A stretch of DNA of 63,457 nucleotides, the filler included, from Atractiella rhizophila (lineage: Eukaryota): the NCBI GenBank assembly GCA_021432655.1. It is 4 parts of 4 records of this genome, joined end to end, with 100 filler letters (N's around TTAATTAATTAA, not from the genome) between each part and the next. Parts side by side here need not be neighbours in the genome. Positions count along the whole stretch, not along the records: positions 52,535 to 63,457 come from MU271887.1; 3 more parts are not named here. The stretch is one strand, 5' to 3'. Position 1 is the first letter of the stretch; each line of letters starts with the position of its first letter. A program made the position numbers and the translations under genes. Below the pieces are notes generated by a model. The model did not search any database. It was not told where the DNA came from and saw only the letters and a list, made by a program, of their open reading frames with translations. This document shows positions 62,002-63,457 of this stretch, one piece after another.

Positions 62002-63457
62002 ATGTCAAGCTCTCTTCGCAGGCGCTCTTCCTCCCAATCCTACAGCGTCAGCATCAAACACGATCCCTTTGCCTACCCGCCATCATCCGGGCCATCATCT
62101 ACCTTCTCTCCATCGACAGAACACATCCTCCCCATCGCCTCCGAGTACGAAAAGACGCCGACCTCACCTTCCTTTCCCTCGGCAGGCACTTCGTCGTCCG
62201 ACACACCTTCCAGAGTCCGCCTCCTCCTCCTGCCAGCCACTTGGCTCGTCCTCGCCCTCGGAGTAGCCGCTGGTCACCACTTCTTCTACTCCTGGGCTGC
62301 CGATCAGCCTGTTGTTGATGTGCCGCTCGAACAAAGATGGCTGCTATCCATTGGTAACGCGGCGGCTTTCGTCTATGCCATTTGTATAGCAGAAGCTACC
62401 AAGATAGGACTAACCAAGCTGCTGTGGTTCGTTCACCTTCCTCATACATCGACATTGGAAGAAGGAGGCTGATTGATGGATGAAGGGAATCGGCGAGGAC
62501 TGAATATAAAACTCTAGAAGACCACTCAACTGCCTTCTCCCTCGAAGCCTCCATCCTTTCCATGCTCAACGGCGCACTATGGAAGTCCGGCAGATTGCTT
62601 CTCCTTCTCGCTCTCCTCCTCCGTCTCACCTCCATTCCCGGAATCTTCGTTGTCCCCACACTAACGGCGCAACTAGTGTCTACAAACACCACCTCGACTT
62701 GTTCCGTCCCCATCTTCCAAGCGGGAGAGATAAAACAGGAGGTGGACGAGATAGAGTACACCTGGACCCTCTCCGGCGTCACAGCCTATGCGCAACCCTC
62801 CTCCCTGCTCTCCTCCCTCTCCTCCCGAGTACTCGCATCCTCTTCTCCTCTCCTCACTCTCCCCTCCTCCTGCCCAGGCTCTTCCTCCGTCTCCAACTGC
62901 ACCTTCTCAACCACCGTTGATGCGTTGACGTACCAGTGCAGCGGAGAGACGTTCCAAGGGTACGAATACACAGGACAAACTGTCCTTTATCACGCGGTGG
63001 ACGCGCCAGAATACAAGGAGGCAGATACGGCTGCTGTGGCGCAGAACGACTGTTTGTCCATCCGACTCCCAACCCAGAACGACGCCCTCAAATGTTGCCC
63101 TTACCACGCATCCTTCGAGGTCTCAGTGACACAAGAAGGGGCGGAGAGGAATTCAGTAACTCTTTTGTCTGAGCCGAAGGTTGGGGATAAGTTATGGTCT
63201 TATGGAAGCGAGTATCACGTACAGGTATCAGGAGATGGTGTCGATGGGTTCTTGACGGATGCCCATTTGTGGGCGGTAAAGGATTCGGTTATGAGGTTGT
63301 TGTTGGGGAAAGTCCAAGTGAATTTTGACCAGAAAGTTCCGTCCGTCAATGAGACAAGGATCGATGTGACACCGAACAAGGATATGTATGATGCGAGGAA
63401 TATCGAGAAACCTACGAGCGTAGACGGGCTGTTGAAAACTTTACCAGAGTTGATGAA
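62002..63457 (+). CDS. Fungal membrane protein of the GHH.FY-motif family, 3' end outside window
   Basis: LALGVAAGHHFFYSW...QRWLLSIGNAAAF...LW, an intron near 62428-62495, then a long open frame to the window end. Confidence 0.7.

Overview
Intron-rich eukaryotic DNA (short GT/GC-AG introns, mostly about 45-65 nt), consistent with a basidiomycete fungal scaffold; the taxon is inferred from gene families. There are four N gaps. Positions 1-25 kb are gene-dense and mostly housekeeping: SPO7-like, a membrane protein, MED9-like, RRP9, RRP45, RPS11, a PTR2 peptide transporter, an F-box protein, SNRNP27, CBC2, a Ser/Thr-rich single-pass protein and UTP10. Positions 25.8-35 kb are a nest of Ty1/copia fragments and miniature LTR elements that follows a truncated BET1-like gene. 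Beyond it lie an ALDH 3' end, mitochondrial L7/L12 with a structured ~970-nt intron, an MCT-type MFS gene and its decayed copy, a VOC/glyoxalase gene, a giant DUF3712-like gene, a FEN2/Liz1-like MFS 3' part, an alpha/beta hydrolase, a frameshifted BET4 and a membrane protein that runs off the end. Five items stand out. (1) A 1514-bp element with no TSD or TIR occurs twice; one copy sits inside UTP10 coding sequence and has candidate self-contained splice sites. (2) A 345-bp TRIM carries a tRNA-like B-box next to its PBS. (3) An element has two inverted LTR+PBS units. (4) Mini-elements with two different LTRs recur. (5) The long hairpin-rich intron in the L7/L12 gene. All calls were made by eye; exon boundaries and family names need confirmation by search and RNA-seq.
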